A stretch of 64,000 nucleotides of DNA from Trichodelitschia bisporula. Taxonomy: Eukaryota. The translations under genes were made by a program, and so were the position numbers. Below the pieces are notes generated by a model. The model was not told the origin of the DNA, did not search any database, and saw only the letters and a list, made by a program, of their open reading frames with translations. The DNA lies in contig ML996695.1 in the NCBI GenBank assembly GCA_010356995.1, forward strand, positions 567,061-631,060, read 5' to 3'. Shown here piece after piece: positions 37,636-50,492 of the stretch (the first letter of the stretch is position 1; every line of letters begins with the position of its first letter).

Positions 37636-39536
37636 TTATACTAGTACATACAAAGCACACATCTGGAAGGTTAGCCTGGTACGAAGAGAATGAAGTCGTG
37701 CTCTCACCATGGACAGCCCCAGGATCATCGACCACCAAAACAAGACGTTCTAACCTTGTCAGCGTCTTCCATTTAAGAAACGGCAGCACTCACATTCAAC
37801 AACTTCTTGCCCCGCATCCACTTGCTCCGCTGCACTGTTACGATGGGCATCTGCATCATCATCATGAAGAATCCGTAGCCCCGCAGCTTCTTGGTAATAC
37901 AGCCCATGACCAGCTCATGCAGGAGCGCGCTGATGAGGAACGTAATAACTGTAGCAACGGGCCGCGACAAGTGGCCCCGCGAGGCCGAGTAAACGTGCCG
38001 TCGGAACCAGTGGTGCACGGGAATATTCCACTCGCGCGAGAACTCGAGCCAGTCGCACGAGTTCCACCAATCCGCGTAGAAGTGGCGATCGGCGAAGCCT
38101 ATCTGGCGGTTAGGCGCAACAGGAGATGGTTGAGGGAGAACCTACAGGTTATTTCGGCGAAGGCTCCGAGCAGATACTCGAATATGACGAGGAAGACCAG
38201 AAGGAATGTGACCATGAAAGGGAAGAGGAGGCGACTGATGGTCTCTGCAAGGATAAGAGCACGGTCGACAAGCGCATGGGACGCCAGCATAGCGACGGCG
38301 GATTCGTCAAGCACAGGAATAATGAATTCCTCGCTAGTGATCGTGAGCAGAAAGATGCAGCCAAATACGGCAAGCGACTTCCAGAAGAGCTCAATATAAC
38401 GTCTATGTGCCGTCCGGGGATACTCAAGTTCGTAGCAGAGAGTGGGGCAGAAGAGGAAGTCGAGATAATTCGCGAAGGTAAGGTTTTGGGGGTAGGTCAC
38501 CCTTCCCAGGGGCGATGTCAGTTCACAGGCGAGATCGTCCCTGAGCTGCGATACATCCTCGTTCGACTGCTTGCTGCTTGCTCCATCTGATCCGTCATCT
38601 TCAAGCTCCTGGATCCGGGTATGTGGGCTGGGATAGCGAGTCGCTGCAGCTTTTGAGGCGGTTTCTGGTTTGTCGAGGTCATTGAGGCGACGATAGGTCT
38701 CGGAGAGGTGTCCATTATAGAAGCTTATTCGCAATGAGCACATGTTAAGAGCATATGGAAAACACCTACGCATAGGAGTGCATCTTCATGGCCAAAGAAA
38801 GGAGGTGGAGAGTAAAAAACACCTGAGCAGTCCAGGTCCATGTACGGACAAATGGCCATCTATCACCACTCAGCAACAGACTTCCAGCCGCAGGATCACT
38901 TACGCCAGCCAATGGGAGAGCCATGCGGCCTGAAAGAGAATCTGCACAAGCATACCTCCTCGCTTCCAGCGGAAAAGGCTTGAATTCATGTAGAGCCTAT
39001 GAAGCGGTAAGGAAAGGGACGTGCTCGCAGCCATCAACAGATCGCTCAAAGCCAGCTCATAAATGTTTTCGGTGAGAACACTCCACTGGCTTAGCACAAG
39101 CGGTAAACCTGTCTCTCTGTAGCTTCGGAGCATAGCCGTGATGACCATAATGGTTAGGCTGATCCAGAAGAGAACAAAGAAGCCGCGAAAGTCGCGATAG
39201 TCACTGTTCGGATCGAAATGAGATACTCTTGCAGCATATTGGATGGTCGGGAACAGGCGCTTTTGCTGTGCTCGAATTTGTCGTCGAGCAGTTGAAGTTG
39301 CCTTAACTGACGGTGGTGCATCCGTGGGAATGGGGGTAACCGTTCCACTTTCCCTAGTTAGCGTGTTCGCAAAAGGGGTGAGTGAATGCCTGCCTTGAAA
39401 TTCCAGAGGCAGATTGGAGGTGCTCATCAGGTTTTAAGCCTTCATCTTGGATCTTCCTAATCAATTGAGATTTTACTGGTCGCCTGGCGCGGGGTTGAAG
39501 GAGTCCTGAAGAGACTCCATTACTGAAATCATCCAT
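37636..39536 (-). CDS. ARE2: Sterol O-acyltransferase (MBOAT, Are1/Are2-like), ~542 aa. Exons 39536-39394, 39347-38904, 38859-38770, 38723-38146, 38098-37794, 37749-37708, 37662-37636
   Basis: MKMHSYAFYNG, PTLCYELEYPRT, FADRHFYADWWNS, catalytic SALLHE; the first intron needs a GC donor. Confidence 0.92.
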
Positions 39537-40226
39537 AGTGACAGATGCCGACGTGATGTGAACCAAGGATCAAGGATGGTAGATATGGAAGTCGGTTCTC
39601 AGAGAATTGAAGTTGAAAGGGCCCAATTGCACATGTTTATAAACAGCCTTGCCTTCCCTAGCCAAGATTGGGACTCCGCTGTGGGGTTATGGAGCTGAGG
39701 CTTTATTTTTGATGACGCCACTGATCTTCTTGACCATATGTTTGCGTATCCGCTAAGTTTGGAACGCGACCGGGAAGAGGAATCAGCCTACGACGACTGA
39801 CACGAGGGAGGTAGACAACGAGGTATGGGTGATCCAACAAATAGGGCACTTTAAGTTGATGCGTAGCACTCGATAGACTCGAAGTACATAGGAACGGAGT
39901 GTTGACAGCTGAAACTTGGAGGGACTATCAGTACCTATATCGTCCATCGTTTGACTTGGTCCATCCAAGCGCCACGCTAGACGCCGTAAGCGCTGCCGCG
40001 GCACCACCCTAGCCACGTACGCCACGTTCCCCGGAAGAACATCAATCCAGGCTCCGAACATCCAGTGCAGCGATGCCCGGTAGAGGTGCATGCATCCCGA
40101 AATCGCTTCTGCCACTCTAGCAAGACGACGACATGCCAGACCTGCGCTCAACTGGAGAATAGTTGTTGAAACTCTTGCCAACGTAGCCTTGAGCCCTGGG
40201 CCTCGACCTCGCCCACGACCGCCACG

Positions 40227-43015
40227 ATGACTTCTTGTACGCTTACTCGCACCGCGTTCAGGCCGCAGCTGATGAATTACAGTAAAGCAATTCATTCGCA
40301 ATGTCCGAGCTGCGAAAACCATTGCCGATGAGCGGGCTGTCGTCCAAAAGGAAAGCGCCGCGATTCGGTCCAGCTTCCGGGAGGAGAGTCACGACTCAAA
40401 CGTTCGGTATTGCGACCGCGCACCTTGACAATCGTGTGCTTATAGAGTGCGCAGGAGGAACAACGTCGCAAAGCTACTCTATCTCTTCACCCTCGGAGAG
40501 CGAACCCACTTCGGACAGATAGAATGCTTGAAGCTACTCGCCTCCCCACGCTTCGCGGACAAGCGGTTGGGATACCTGGGGACCATGTTGCTGCTGGATG
40601 AGAACCAGGAAGTCCTGACTTTAGTTACAAACTCGCTCAAAAAGTCGGCCCTCCCACCTACTACCGCTGTGCTAGCTGACCATATCAGTGACTTGAATCA
40701 CTCAAACCAGTACATTGTCGGCCTAGCTCTCGTAACGCTCGGCAACATTGCGTCCGTAGAGATGTCCCGCGATCTGTTCCCCGAAGTTGAAACCATCATA
40801 TCTGCTTCCAACCCATACATAAAGCGGAAGGCGGCTCTTTGCGCTATGCGGATATGTCGAAAGGTGCCGGATTTGCAGGAGCACTTCCTCGAAAAGGCGA
40901 AACTGCTTCTGTCTGACCGGAACCACGGTGTCTTGCTCTGCGGGCTGACGCTAGTGACGGGTCTCTGTGAGGCCGACGAAGCCGAGGGTGGAGAGCAGGG
41001 CGTCGTGGAGATGTTTAGACCACTGGTCCCTGCACTGGTGAAGGTGCTGAAGAGTCTCGCGAGCTCTGGATACGCGCCAGAGCATGACGTCAATGGAATC
41101 ACGGACCCCTTTTTACAAGTCAAGATTTTAAGGCTGTTTCGCGTGTTGGCGAGAGGTGATGCGCAAACTAGCGAACAGATCAATGACATTCTGGCGCAGG
41201 GAGGTGCCCGAAGACTATAGGCTAATCGATTCTAACCGAGTTCAGGTTGCGACAAACACCGATGCGTCCAAGAACGTCGGCAACTCAATCCTTTACGAGG
41301 CCGTTCTCACCATCCTCGAGATCGAAGCAGATTCGGGCTTGAGAGTCCTGGGTGTTAACATTCTCGGCAAGTTCCTCTCAAACAAGGACAACAACATCCG
41401 CTATGTCGCCCTTAACACCCTCATCAAAGTGGTTGCAATTGAGCCAACAGCCGTGCAAAGACACAGAAACACCATCCTCGAATGCTTGCGGGATGCTGAT
41501 GTGAGCATCCGTCGGCGAGCGCTGGATCTCAGTTTCACCCTGATTAATGAGGGCAACGTTCGGGTACTTGTTCGAGAGCTTCTTTCCTTTTTGGAAATTG
41601 CCGACAACGAATTCAAGCCTGTCATGACAACTCAGATTGGCCTTGCTGCTGATCGGTTTGCACCAAATAAGAGGTGGCACATTGATACGATGCTACGGGT
41701 GCTTAAACTGGTAAGTTAGGTACGGTTACGTATGATGTTTTCCTTACCAGCGTCTCAGGCCGGCAGCTTTACCAAGGAGCAGATTCTGGCTTCCTTCGTG
41801 CGGCTTGTCGCCACCTCTCCGGAGTTGCAGCGGTACACTGCACAAAAGCTCTTCGCCGCTCTGAAGGAGGACATCACTCAAGATGGGCTCACTCTCGCGG
41901 CGACCTGGGTGATTGGTGAATTTGGCGACTCGCTCCTTCGTGGAGGGCAGTACGAAGAGGAGGAGCTGGTGAAGGAGGTCAAGGAGAGCGATATCGTTGA
42001 CCTTTTTTTCACTATCTTAAGCAGCGGATATTCCGGCCAGATTGTCACTCAGTATATCGTTACTGCAGCCATAAAGCTCACCACTCGGCTTTCCGAACCC
42101 GCACAGATTGAACGGATACGAAGGCTGCTTCAGTCGTATCAAACCAATCTGGACGTGGACATCCAGCAGCGCGGAGTGGAGTACAGCAACCTCTTCGCGT
42201 ACGACCAAATCCGGAAGGGTGTTCTAGAGAAGATGCCTCCGCCAGAAGCCCGCGAGGATCCGCAGCTGCTGGGTGACGCGCCTAAGAAGCACGCCAAAGT
42301 ATCTGGAGGAGGTAAGAAGAAGGCGACCAAGATGACAGAGGAGGATTCTCTCCTTGACCTCATGGGGGGCTCCGATCTTCCTGCTCCAGCTGTCACCTCT
42401 TCCACCAATGGCTCACATGGCTTGGACCTCCTCGACATGATCGGCGGTAGCACCTCACCTCCGCCGCAAGGCGCCTCCACCGCCCCCCCTCGGTCCAATG
42501 TTGACTCCATCATGGACCTCTTCGGCACCACTTCTCCTCCACCCGCAGTCCCGCAATCCACAACTACCTCTGCCTCCCTCCTTGGTGGTCTTGCCTCGCC
42601 ACCTCCGCAGCCTGTCAGCCCCTCTAACGCTCCTCACGACGTCTACACGAAAAACGGTCTACACATCGCGCTCCAGGTGCAACGCAATGCGCAAACTGCG
42701 AACGTACTCGCACACTTCCGGAACATAGCGAGCACTCACCTCACCGGGGTGTCGTTGTTAGCCGCCGTGCCGAAAAGCCAGCGGCTTGCCATGGCGTCGA
42801 TTAGCGCGACGGAGCTGGGGCCGGGAGCGAGCGCGACGCAGGGAATGCGGGTGCAGAGCGTCAATGGGGTAGGTCCACTGAATTTTTGTGCCTGTAGGAC
42901 TGGGCTAATATCTCTACAGGCACCGCCAGCGAAGCTGAAGCTCAGACTGAAGGTCGGATTTCAAGTTGATGGCCGTCCTATTCAAGATCAGGTTGACTGG
43001 TCGGAGCCGGTCTAG
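40227..43015 (+). CDS. APL4: AP-1 complex gamma adaptin, 834 aa. Exons 40227-40236, 40283-40406, 40455-40643, 40689-41199, 41246-41710, 41759-42868, 42920-43015
   Basis: [71 protein letters not shown]-containing hinge and C-terminal ear. Confidence 0.95.
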
Positions 43016-45730
43016 GTGTAAGGTTGGACATGGTTTGAATCTCATTCGGGATGAGGATCGTTGTAGCGTAAGCGGTAAAGAGGTAGTTACTACGTAGATT
43101 GAGGTAGTTGAATGAACGGGGCATGATGGGACGACGCATGCACGGCAAAGGATGCGTTGGGCCCACAACTGAAATTTACTCTATCCTACGCCTCGCATGG
43201 CACAAGACGTTGTGATCAGTCTCTGCGGCACAGGAGTAAGGGCAGAGCAGCATGTCTCAAGGCGGAAGCATGGAAGCCGAAGGCGTCGAATCACGTCGAA
43301 ATGGGAGAGTTTCCTGATCTAATACTTATGCAATTGCGTTCCTGGCGTCAGGAGAGGCAGAGGTGTGGGAAAGCTTGGGGACCCGGAGAGGAGTTACATG
43401 CTGCAGACGTTGGCGATACTTTGCCGTTCTTGGTATGACGCGGCCCGGGAATGCATGACAGCATTTTTTGGTGCGGTTCGCTGGCGGGGTAGATGCCGAC
43501 GATTCTGCGGGGCGTTGTGGAACGACGGAGGGATGTTGTAGATGTGAGGGGGGCATGCAAATTGCCCAGGTCCAGGGCAAACGACGAGACGCTTGCCGGT
43601 CGTCAATAAAGACGGAGGTGGAAGACGAGGGCACGGCGTAGGCGTGAGAAGAGACTTTTTGGCTCCGCATCTGGGCACGCGCCGAGCCATCAGCCAGTGG
43701 AACGGCGTTCCCCGCAAATACAGTAGACTATAGTTTAAGGAACGAGGCTCTAGCGGGCCTGGAAGGTTGCAAAAAGGGCGGCGTCGGATGCGGGGATAGC
43801 GAGCCGCATTGGGGTTGAGCAAGGACAACGACGTATGCATCGTCGTATGAAGGTACAAAGAGGGGTCGTGTGAATGCAGGAGGATATTGGGTGTTGATGG
43901 CGTAGGATGGCAGCATGGTGATGCAATATGGATTACGAGATGAATTTCCTAGTGTGTAGCAGATGAGACGAGAGCTGCCATAAGACTGTCGTGGAGCAAG
44001 AAATTCATCAGACGTATGAGAGATGAAGTCATACCAGGACTCGGTGCAGCATATCCATACCTCTCGGCGCGGCCGATGCATCTCCGAGGAGGTGTTGAGG
44101 GCAAGTACGGTACTGGAACAGCTTCACAGTTCAGTCACAGCTTCATAGCTCAACTGCAACCTTTCTCTCCTTGTCTCGCAGCTTCTCCTCAGCTGCTGTA
44201 CCGTACCGTACTCCGGTGCTCAGCTGCCTCGAGACTCGGTCGGGACTCGGGAGTTACTTTGCGCCAGGCCAAACGGAAGACGAGAAGGCCGGGCCGGAAC
44301 CAAAGCACAGATCAGTCACCTGCACCTCTGACCACGTGAACGATACTCCATCAGCCAAGGTACTGTACGCCTTCTGTCCGTCACAGCGCGCCCGAAAGGA
44401 GACCTGTGCGGCGAAAGAGGCGACGAAGGAGGAAACAAAGACGCGTTAGAGATGCTAGATTGGCGCCCTCGAAAGAAATCCTGTGATCTCTTTCTCGCTT
44501 GCTGTTGACAAGACCAATCCCCGTGGGCAGCCGCCCGAAGCCGAGAGGTTGGTTATGCACGGTTGGTCATGGGCCACACGGAGGCTCTGCCACGCGCATT
44601 TGCATGTAGGTAGCCGAATGTACTCCAAACTTTCTGACCACGGTAAAGGGAATGCGTCCATCAGGGTCCGATCGAGCAGAAGAGAGACGATCAAGCATCA
44701 GCAGAATGAATGAAAAAATTTACCCCATCCCTGCTGAGTGACCATTCGTCAAAGTCGGTTTTGCTTGCTCCGCCCAGCTCTCCCGGTCTCTCGGCAGCCT
44801 TGGAGGGGCAGAGAGGGAAGCGCCAGGGCGGTCACAAGAGGTGCAAAGCATCAGTGGCCAACCAGGGGTCAGGTAGTTTCTCGGGGGTAATAGTTTGCTT
44901 TGTTTAGGAAACTATTACACATCTAGTCATCGACAACGACGTGCAAGCGGTGCAGAGACGTGCAACGTGATGAGAAGAGACGCTACCGATGACCTATTGC
45001 TTGGATCTCCTCAGTAACGTTCAACGCTCGTCTCTTACTGCATGGCAACCGGACGTTGCTGTCGCTGCATCAATGGCTGGCTGGTGGAGCCTTGCCTCGC
45101 GATGACCTGATGGTACGCGTTGGTCCGACTTCCATCAGAAATTCCATCTCTATCTACACCATCTCTTTCCTACAATTGACCATTCACAATGGCAGGAGCG
45201 AACTGCGCGTACGTACTGCGTACTACGCTCCTTCTCTTTCACTCGGCCACGATGCCCCTAGCAGCGAATTGTTCAAACGCCCCGTTCCCATTATTCCCCT
45301 AAAGTCAGCGTCTCCAGTGAGAACATGTCACCTCCTCTTCCTCTAACCGCTCCACATCGATCACGACCACCATGCCCGAGCTTTGATTTCCCCGCCAAAT
45401 CCTGACAAACCGTTCCATCAGCCTGGATCCCCCAGATTTTTTTGCTCGTCCGTCTCCACAGTCTGTGGGTCCGTGGCTCAGCTGTCCGGTGCTCCCATTG
45501 TTTGCCATCACCCATCCAGTCATTCTCGCCCTCCACCTTGGTCTTGGTACATCCATGCCTCGTCAACCGTATAAGACTGGATAATCCCCCAGGACTCCAG
45601 ATTCATTGCCACCACGATCCAAGTATATAATTATCCTCCCTCCGGCTTTTATCTTTGATTAATCGATCCATTATCGCAGAACATTGACGCATCAACACTC
45701 ATCACTGCCGAGCTACACCACACCACATCT

Positions 45731-47424
45731 ATGACAAAGGCAATGGACCTCAACAGGTTCCCTAATGAGATTCTCTTCCAGATTCTCGAGACTACGGCCG
45801 AACTCAACCAGAAAGAGGGCGTCTCATACACCTTCGGTCTAACACAAACCGGTTACCCCGTTCAAAACGCGCCTCAACGCTATGTTCGCGGTCCTGTGCC
45901 TCCAGCCTTGCTGAAATGGGATGCTGCGTCTGCCCTTCGAATGGTCTGCCGGAGATGGCACGAATGGGGTATTCACTACGCCATGAAGAACGTTTACGTC
46001 AAAGCCTGGCGCGGGTCTGAGCGTTGGTGCGATTTGTCCATTCAACGAGGTGAGCATTTCTTGTCCATTCAAGACCCTTGGTTTTTTGTCGCTGGTGCGG
46101 GCTTTGGTACCGACGTCGTTCGAGCCTCGCCGGACCCTTGTCCGGCCTGGTCTTGAGGTGATGTCGACATTCCCGGGGTGTTTTCTGAGCTTTTTTCCTC
46201 CGACCCACAGTACACGTGACTAACAGCTTCGCAGACAAGTACAAGCTTTACGAATTGATCGAGAAGCCGCGGGGTATGTTACCCTTGGATCCATCAATTG
46301 TGGGGCTATGACTAACCTTCGCAGGCGAGCGCGTCTACCGTGACCCATGGCTCACTCTCCGCCGCACCAAGAACCTCTTCACCAAATGGCCTCTCGTTGC
46401 GCAGCAAGTCCGCCGGCTCTGGTTTGACGGACTGTATAATCCCGAAACTGATACTCAGATCATCGAAACCATCAAGAGCTGCACTAATCTCACCTCCGTC
46501 AGCCTGCCCTGGACGGTGCTGCGGCATGGGTCGGCACAGGACTGGGCTGGCATTCTCGGAACGCGACGCGAGTTCCCCCTGCGGTCGCTAGAGCTGCTTG
46601 CTGTGAACTTGTCTGATAAGCAAATGGAAGCTGCACAGAGCGTTGAGGATCAGCATCCGCTCGACTCCGCCGTGGTCAACTTTAGTCAGCTTCGACGGCT
46701 CAAGCTCTTTGGCGACACAGCTTACAGTGCCATTAATGACGATGACTTGAAGGCTATTGCACGCACGGCGACAAACTTGCAGGAATTCCATATCACCTGC
46801 ATGTCGACGGTCTCGATCGAAGGTGTCATGGCCATCGTCAAAGCGTCGAAGAAGACAATTCGGGTGCTCGAGCATTCCCCCCGGTCGCAAGATGGCTTTT
46901 ACCACCCGGACCCGGGCTCGCTGTCGGAGAATGAGCACATCTGCCATGTTCTCACCAGCTGCCCCAAGCTCGAGGATCTGTCCATCTCGCTGCCATCCAT
47001 GTGTTCTGAGCTCTTTGCCAACGAACGGGTGCAGTGGAAGGGGGATTGCCAGGTGCGCGCGTTGCGCCTGTGTGGCCACGAGGAGCCGGGGTCTCGTGCC
47101 GCCTCTGGTGATGCGCTGCGGAAGCTGCTGCGCCAGGCACGGAACCTGATCTCCAAGCGCGCAACCAGCAGCATTCCCGCCGAGCTAAGGATCGAGCTTT
47201 TCTTCGCCGACTTCATCTTTGACCCGCATATCAAAGCTGTACACGGCGACTTTGAAACTGCCGAGCTGTTTGCGCCTGGGTCGTGGCCTGCTCACAAGGA
47301 GAGGTCGCGCAAGGGGCCATATGGCAGCACTGGGCTTTACGGGAAGGATGAAGAGTACACTTTCGAGAAGTTGAACGAGGACGAGTTTTTCCGCGGCCTC
47401 GATATGGGCGTCCTTCGACTTTAA
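45731..47424 (+). CDS. F-box-like / RNI-type LRR protein, 485 aa. Exons 45731-46049, 46235-46273, 46325-47424
   Basis: N-terminal LNRFPNEILFQILE and LRMVCRRWHEW (split F-box-like motif); LRR-like LRRLKL, LQEFHI, LEDLSIS; introns in phase. Confidence 0.78.
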
Positions 47425-48150
47425 AGGACATGACCGTTACGACTTGATTTTGCATTACACGTTCAGCATTGCAGCAGCCAGTTGAGCCCCGGAGTTTTTG
47501 TATCTATTTGCGGGCTGGGATTCATCTTGTCGATTTTCAGCATGGCGCTGGTGTGTTTACTTGCAATTCGGAGCCAGGTTGATTGTATGCGACATGTGGG
47601 ATGCATACTTTACCGGAGTTTGAATGCGGACAAAAAAAGGTTATTTGAAGGAAGTTTTATGGCTTGACGAAGGGTTTCATGGCGTTCTGATCATTGTATT
47701 TTTTGAGCTCTGTCTGAACATGCTGAGCGCGATACCTATCCATCATACTAATTTCAATTGTCTAAACACGCCTTTGACTATGACTTTATTGTTCGTGATG
47801 CTCGTAATGTGGTGTTAAAGACCGATCGTGGGTGATCGACGATTGACGTCAAAGATGATCTCCAGCCTTGCAAGCCACTGACGTCAGACGCCACCGCCAC
47901 CCCTTGACTTCTGCACCCCACCAAGCACATCGACGCCGAAATCCGTCCGCACCAAGCCCCACCGTCAAGTGTTTGTGCATATTTGACAGCATCACCACGG
48001 CAGTGTGAATCGGGCCTTGCGCCGTGTCGTCATTGGCCTGTCCACGCCAGATCACCCTGAGCGATTTAACCTGGAGACTCGTCGTGGAGCCGACGTTTCA
48101 ATTACATCGCACCGTACCGAATTCACTCTTTTCAGTCCCATGTACCAGCA

Positions 48151-50295
48151 ATGCCCGGCATCAAGTTACCTCCCCGGCCCGACCCTCCACCCCACCCTCC
48201 CTCAATCGCGCCGCCGTCAACCCCGCCTCCCGTGCCCTCGGCAAACTCCTCCAAAGCTGGCCCTGCCCTCGCCTTTGCCGCGCAGGCGGAGCGCTTAGGG
48301 CTATATACGCGCACACAGGAAGAGGAAGAAACCGGTCTTGTGGGCCACACGCAAGCAGTCGCGGCGAAGTTTGTGACGGCGCAAGACCCGGTGGTGCAAA
48401 CAGCAGAAGGGGGTCGGCTGCCTGCAGTGCCCTTGGAGGAAGCGCTTGTGTTAAATGCGCTGCGCGGGGAGGTTGAGGGAGAAGCGCGCCGTGAAGAGAA
48501 AGTGCCGATTGGGGCTGTGAGGGAAGGGAGGGATGGAGCTCTACATGGCATTGGGTTTGGTGGACTTGGAGAAGAGAAGGGAGGTGGACGTACAGATGCG
48601 TCGCTTGGGGATCAAGCCCCGGTTACCCATACCAACCCACTGTTCCCGCAGCTGCCGATGTACGGCCCGCCTACGAGGATGAGGAACTTGGAGTGTAAAG
48701 TCTTTGCGGGTTCGTCGGCTGTAGGGTCCTTCTGCTTTCTCATGGTCATTGTGCTAGGAGCCTTGTTCACAAGTGTGCCAGATGCGATAAGAAGGATTCT
48801 CAAGGGAAAGAGACTGGAGGAGAGACCGCTTTGGGAACTTGAAAGGAAGTGTGCAGAGCGGAGAGAAGAAGCTGAGCGGGAGTGGAAAAGCCGAAGCGAA
48901 AAAGGGTTGGGAGGTCAGGCGGGATTCGGGGACGATAAAGACGATGGACGGGAGAGATTCGTACCTACGGAAGGCGGACCCGATCCCCTCGTCTGTGACG
49001 TTGGCTACTACGCCCGTCGCGTCGGTCTTGACTCCGAGAAGTTCCTCGTCCAGACTGAAGACGGTTTCATTATCGAACTCTGGCACCTCTACAACCCCCT
49101 CATCTACAAGCCTCGTCCACCCAACGAACGCGGGCCCCTCACCCCAGATGTCTTTACCACCTTCAACAACCAAACCTCTCCGCCCGATGGCACGGCAAAG
49201 TATCCCGTCCTTCTCATCCCTGGCCTCCTTCAGTCCGCTGGAACCTACTGTAGCACCGACTATAACTCCCTCGCCTTCTTCCTGGCTCACTCTGGCCTCG
49301 ATGTCTGGCTCGGCAATAACCGCTGTGGCTCCTTACCACGTCATGCACTTCTAAAGCCCGATGACCCGCGCATGTGGGCCTGGAACATCCGACAGATGGG
49401 CGTGCTAGACCTGCCCGCCCTGATATCGCGCGTGCTTCGTGAAACACGTTTCAAGAAGCTTGCGCTTGTCGCACACTCACAAGGAACCGCGGAAGTCATG
49501 GTCGCGCTGGCTAAGGAACAGCGGCCCGAGATCGGGGACTGTATATCGGTGGTGTGTCTGCTTGCACCGGCGGCTTATGCGGGCCCGCTGATCGGCAAGA
49601 TGTACTTCAAGTTCATGAAAGTCATCAGTCCTGGCATGTTTCGCGTCATGTTCGGAATTCGCTCGTTTATCTCTCTCATGCTGTCGATGCGGGGATTATT
49701 GCCGCCGCGGATATATGGTTTTCTGGGGTACCGCGTGTTCAGCTTCCTGTTTGACTGGACGGATGAGCGGTGGGACAATGAGTTGCGGAATCGGTGCTTC
49801 CAATTTGCCCCGGTGTACGTCAGCGCGGAGAGTATGAGGTGGTGGCTAGGCCGGGAGTGCTTCGCGCGGCACAAATGCATTCTGAGTACGCGAGAGGAGA
49901 TGCACATGGAAAACCAGGAAGATTCGGATGACGAGGCGGTCGAGGACGCGGCTGACGAGAAGGCGGAGGACCGTGGACGCTATGCATGGTACGATGAACA
50001 TGTGCCACCGATGGCTATCTGGGTTGCTGGGCGGGACGACTTGGTGGATGGACAGCGGCTGCTGCGGCGGTTCGAGCGCGGTCGCGAGCCGTTCGTGGAG
50101 GTGGTGCGGAGCAAGGTGATTGATGGATACTCACATTTAGACGTCCTCTGGGCCGTGGACTCGGTTGAGCAAGTTGGACGGGAGGTGTTGGAGTCGATAT
50201 GGAAGACGGCCCCGAAGGCTGAGCGGGCCAGGTGTCGGATACCTGTCGGGTGTGAGAAGCTGGAAGTGTTCAAGGGCAGGAGAGGAGACACATAG
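48151..50295 (+). CDS. Acid-lipase family hydrolase (Tgl1/Yeh steryl-ester hydrolase-like), 714 aa
   Basis: N-terminal TM, VQTEDGFIIELWH, PVLLIPGLLQS, DVWLGNNR, AHSQG nucleophile, GRDDLVD, YSHLDVLWA. Confidence 0.9.
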   Translation: MPGIKLPPRPDPPPHPPSIAPPSTPPPVPSANSSKAGPALAFAAQAERLGLYTRTQEEEETGLVGHTQAVAAKFVTAQDPVVQTAEGGRLPAVPLEEALVLNALRGEVEGEARREEKVPIGAVREGRDGALHGIGFGGLGEEKGGGRTDASLGDQAPVTHTNPLFPQLPMYGPPTRMRNLECKVFAGSSAVGSFCFLMVIVLGALFTSVPDAIRRILKGKRLEERPLWELERKCAERREEAEREWKSRSEKGLGGQAGFGDDKDDGRERFVPTEGGPDPLVCDVGYYARRVGLDSEKFLVQTEDGFIIELWHLYNPLIYKPRPPNERGPLTPDVFTTFNNQTSPPDGTAKYPVLLIPGLLQSAGTYCSTDYNSLAFFLAHSGLDVWLGNNRCGSLPRHALLKPDDPRMWAWNIRQMGVLDLPALISRVLRETRFKKLALVAHSQGTAEVMVALAKEQRPEIGDCISVVCLLAPAAYAGPLIGKMYFKFMKVISPGMFRVMFGIRSFISLMLSMRGLLPPRIYGFLGYRVFSFLFDWTDERWDNELRNRCFQFAPVYVSAESMRWWLGRECFARHKCILSTREEMHMENQEDSDDEAVEDAADEKAEDRGRYAWYDEHVPPMAIWVAGRDDLVDGQRLLRRFERGREPFVEVVRSKVIDGYSHLDVLWAVDSVEQVGREVLESIWKTAPKAERARCRIPVGCEKLEVFKGRRGDT

Positions 50296-50492
50296 AGACC
50301 TAGATTATAGAAATACAGAATCGAACCTAATTGTACTCGCCAACTGGAATATCACTTGGACAGCGGTCGTCCTGTAGGGCTATAGCAGATCAATATCGCA
50401 GCTTGATAAGGCTGACAAGTTATCGGCATCCAGCCCGGCCCTTATCGATACTGTGCCGCCTTCCGAAATCGGCAACCCGACTACCATCACGC

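Noticed and set aside
40644..40688. Apparent insertions in gamma-adaptin (also 42869-42919)
   Set aside because: Ordinary stop-free 3n GT-AG introns read through by the ORF finder; not inteins or novel domains
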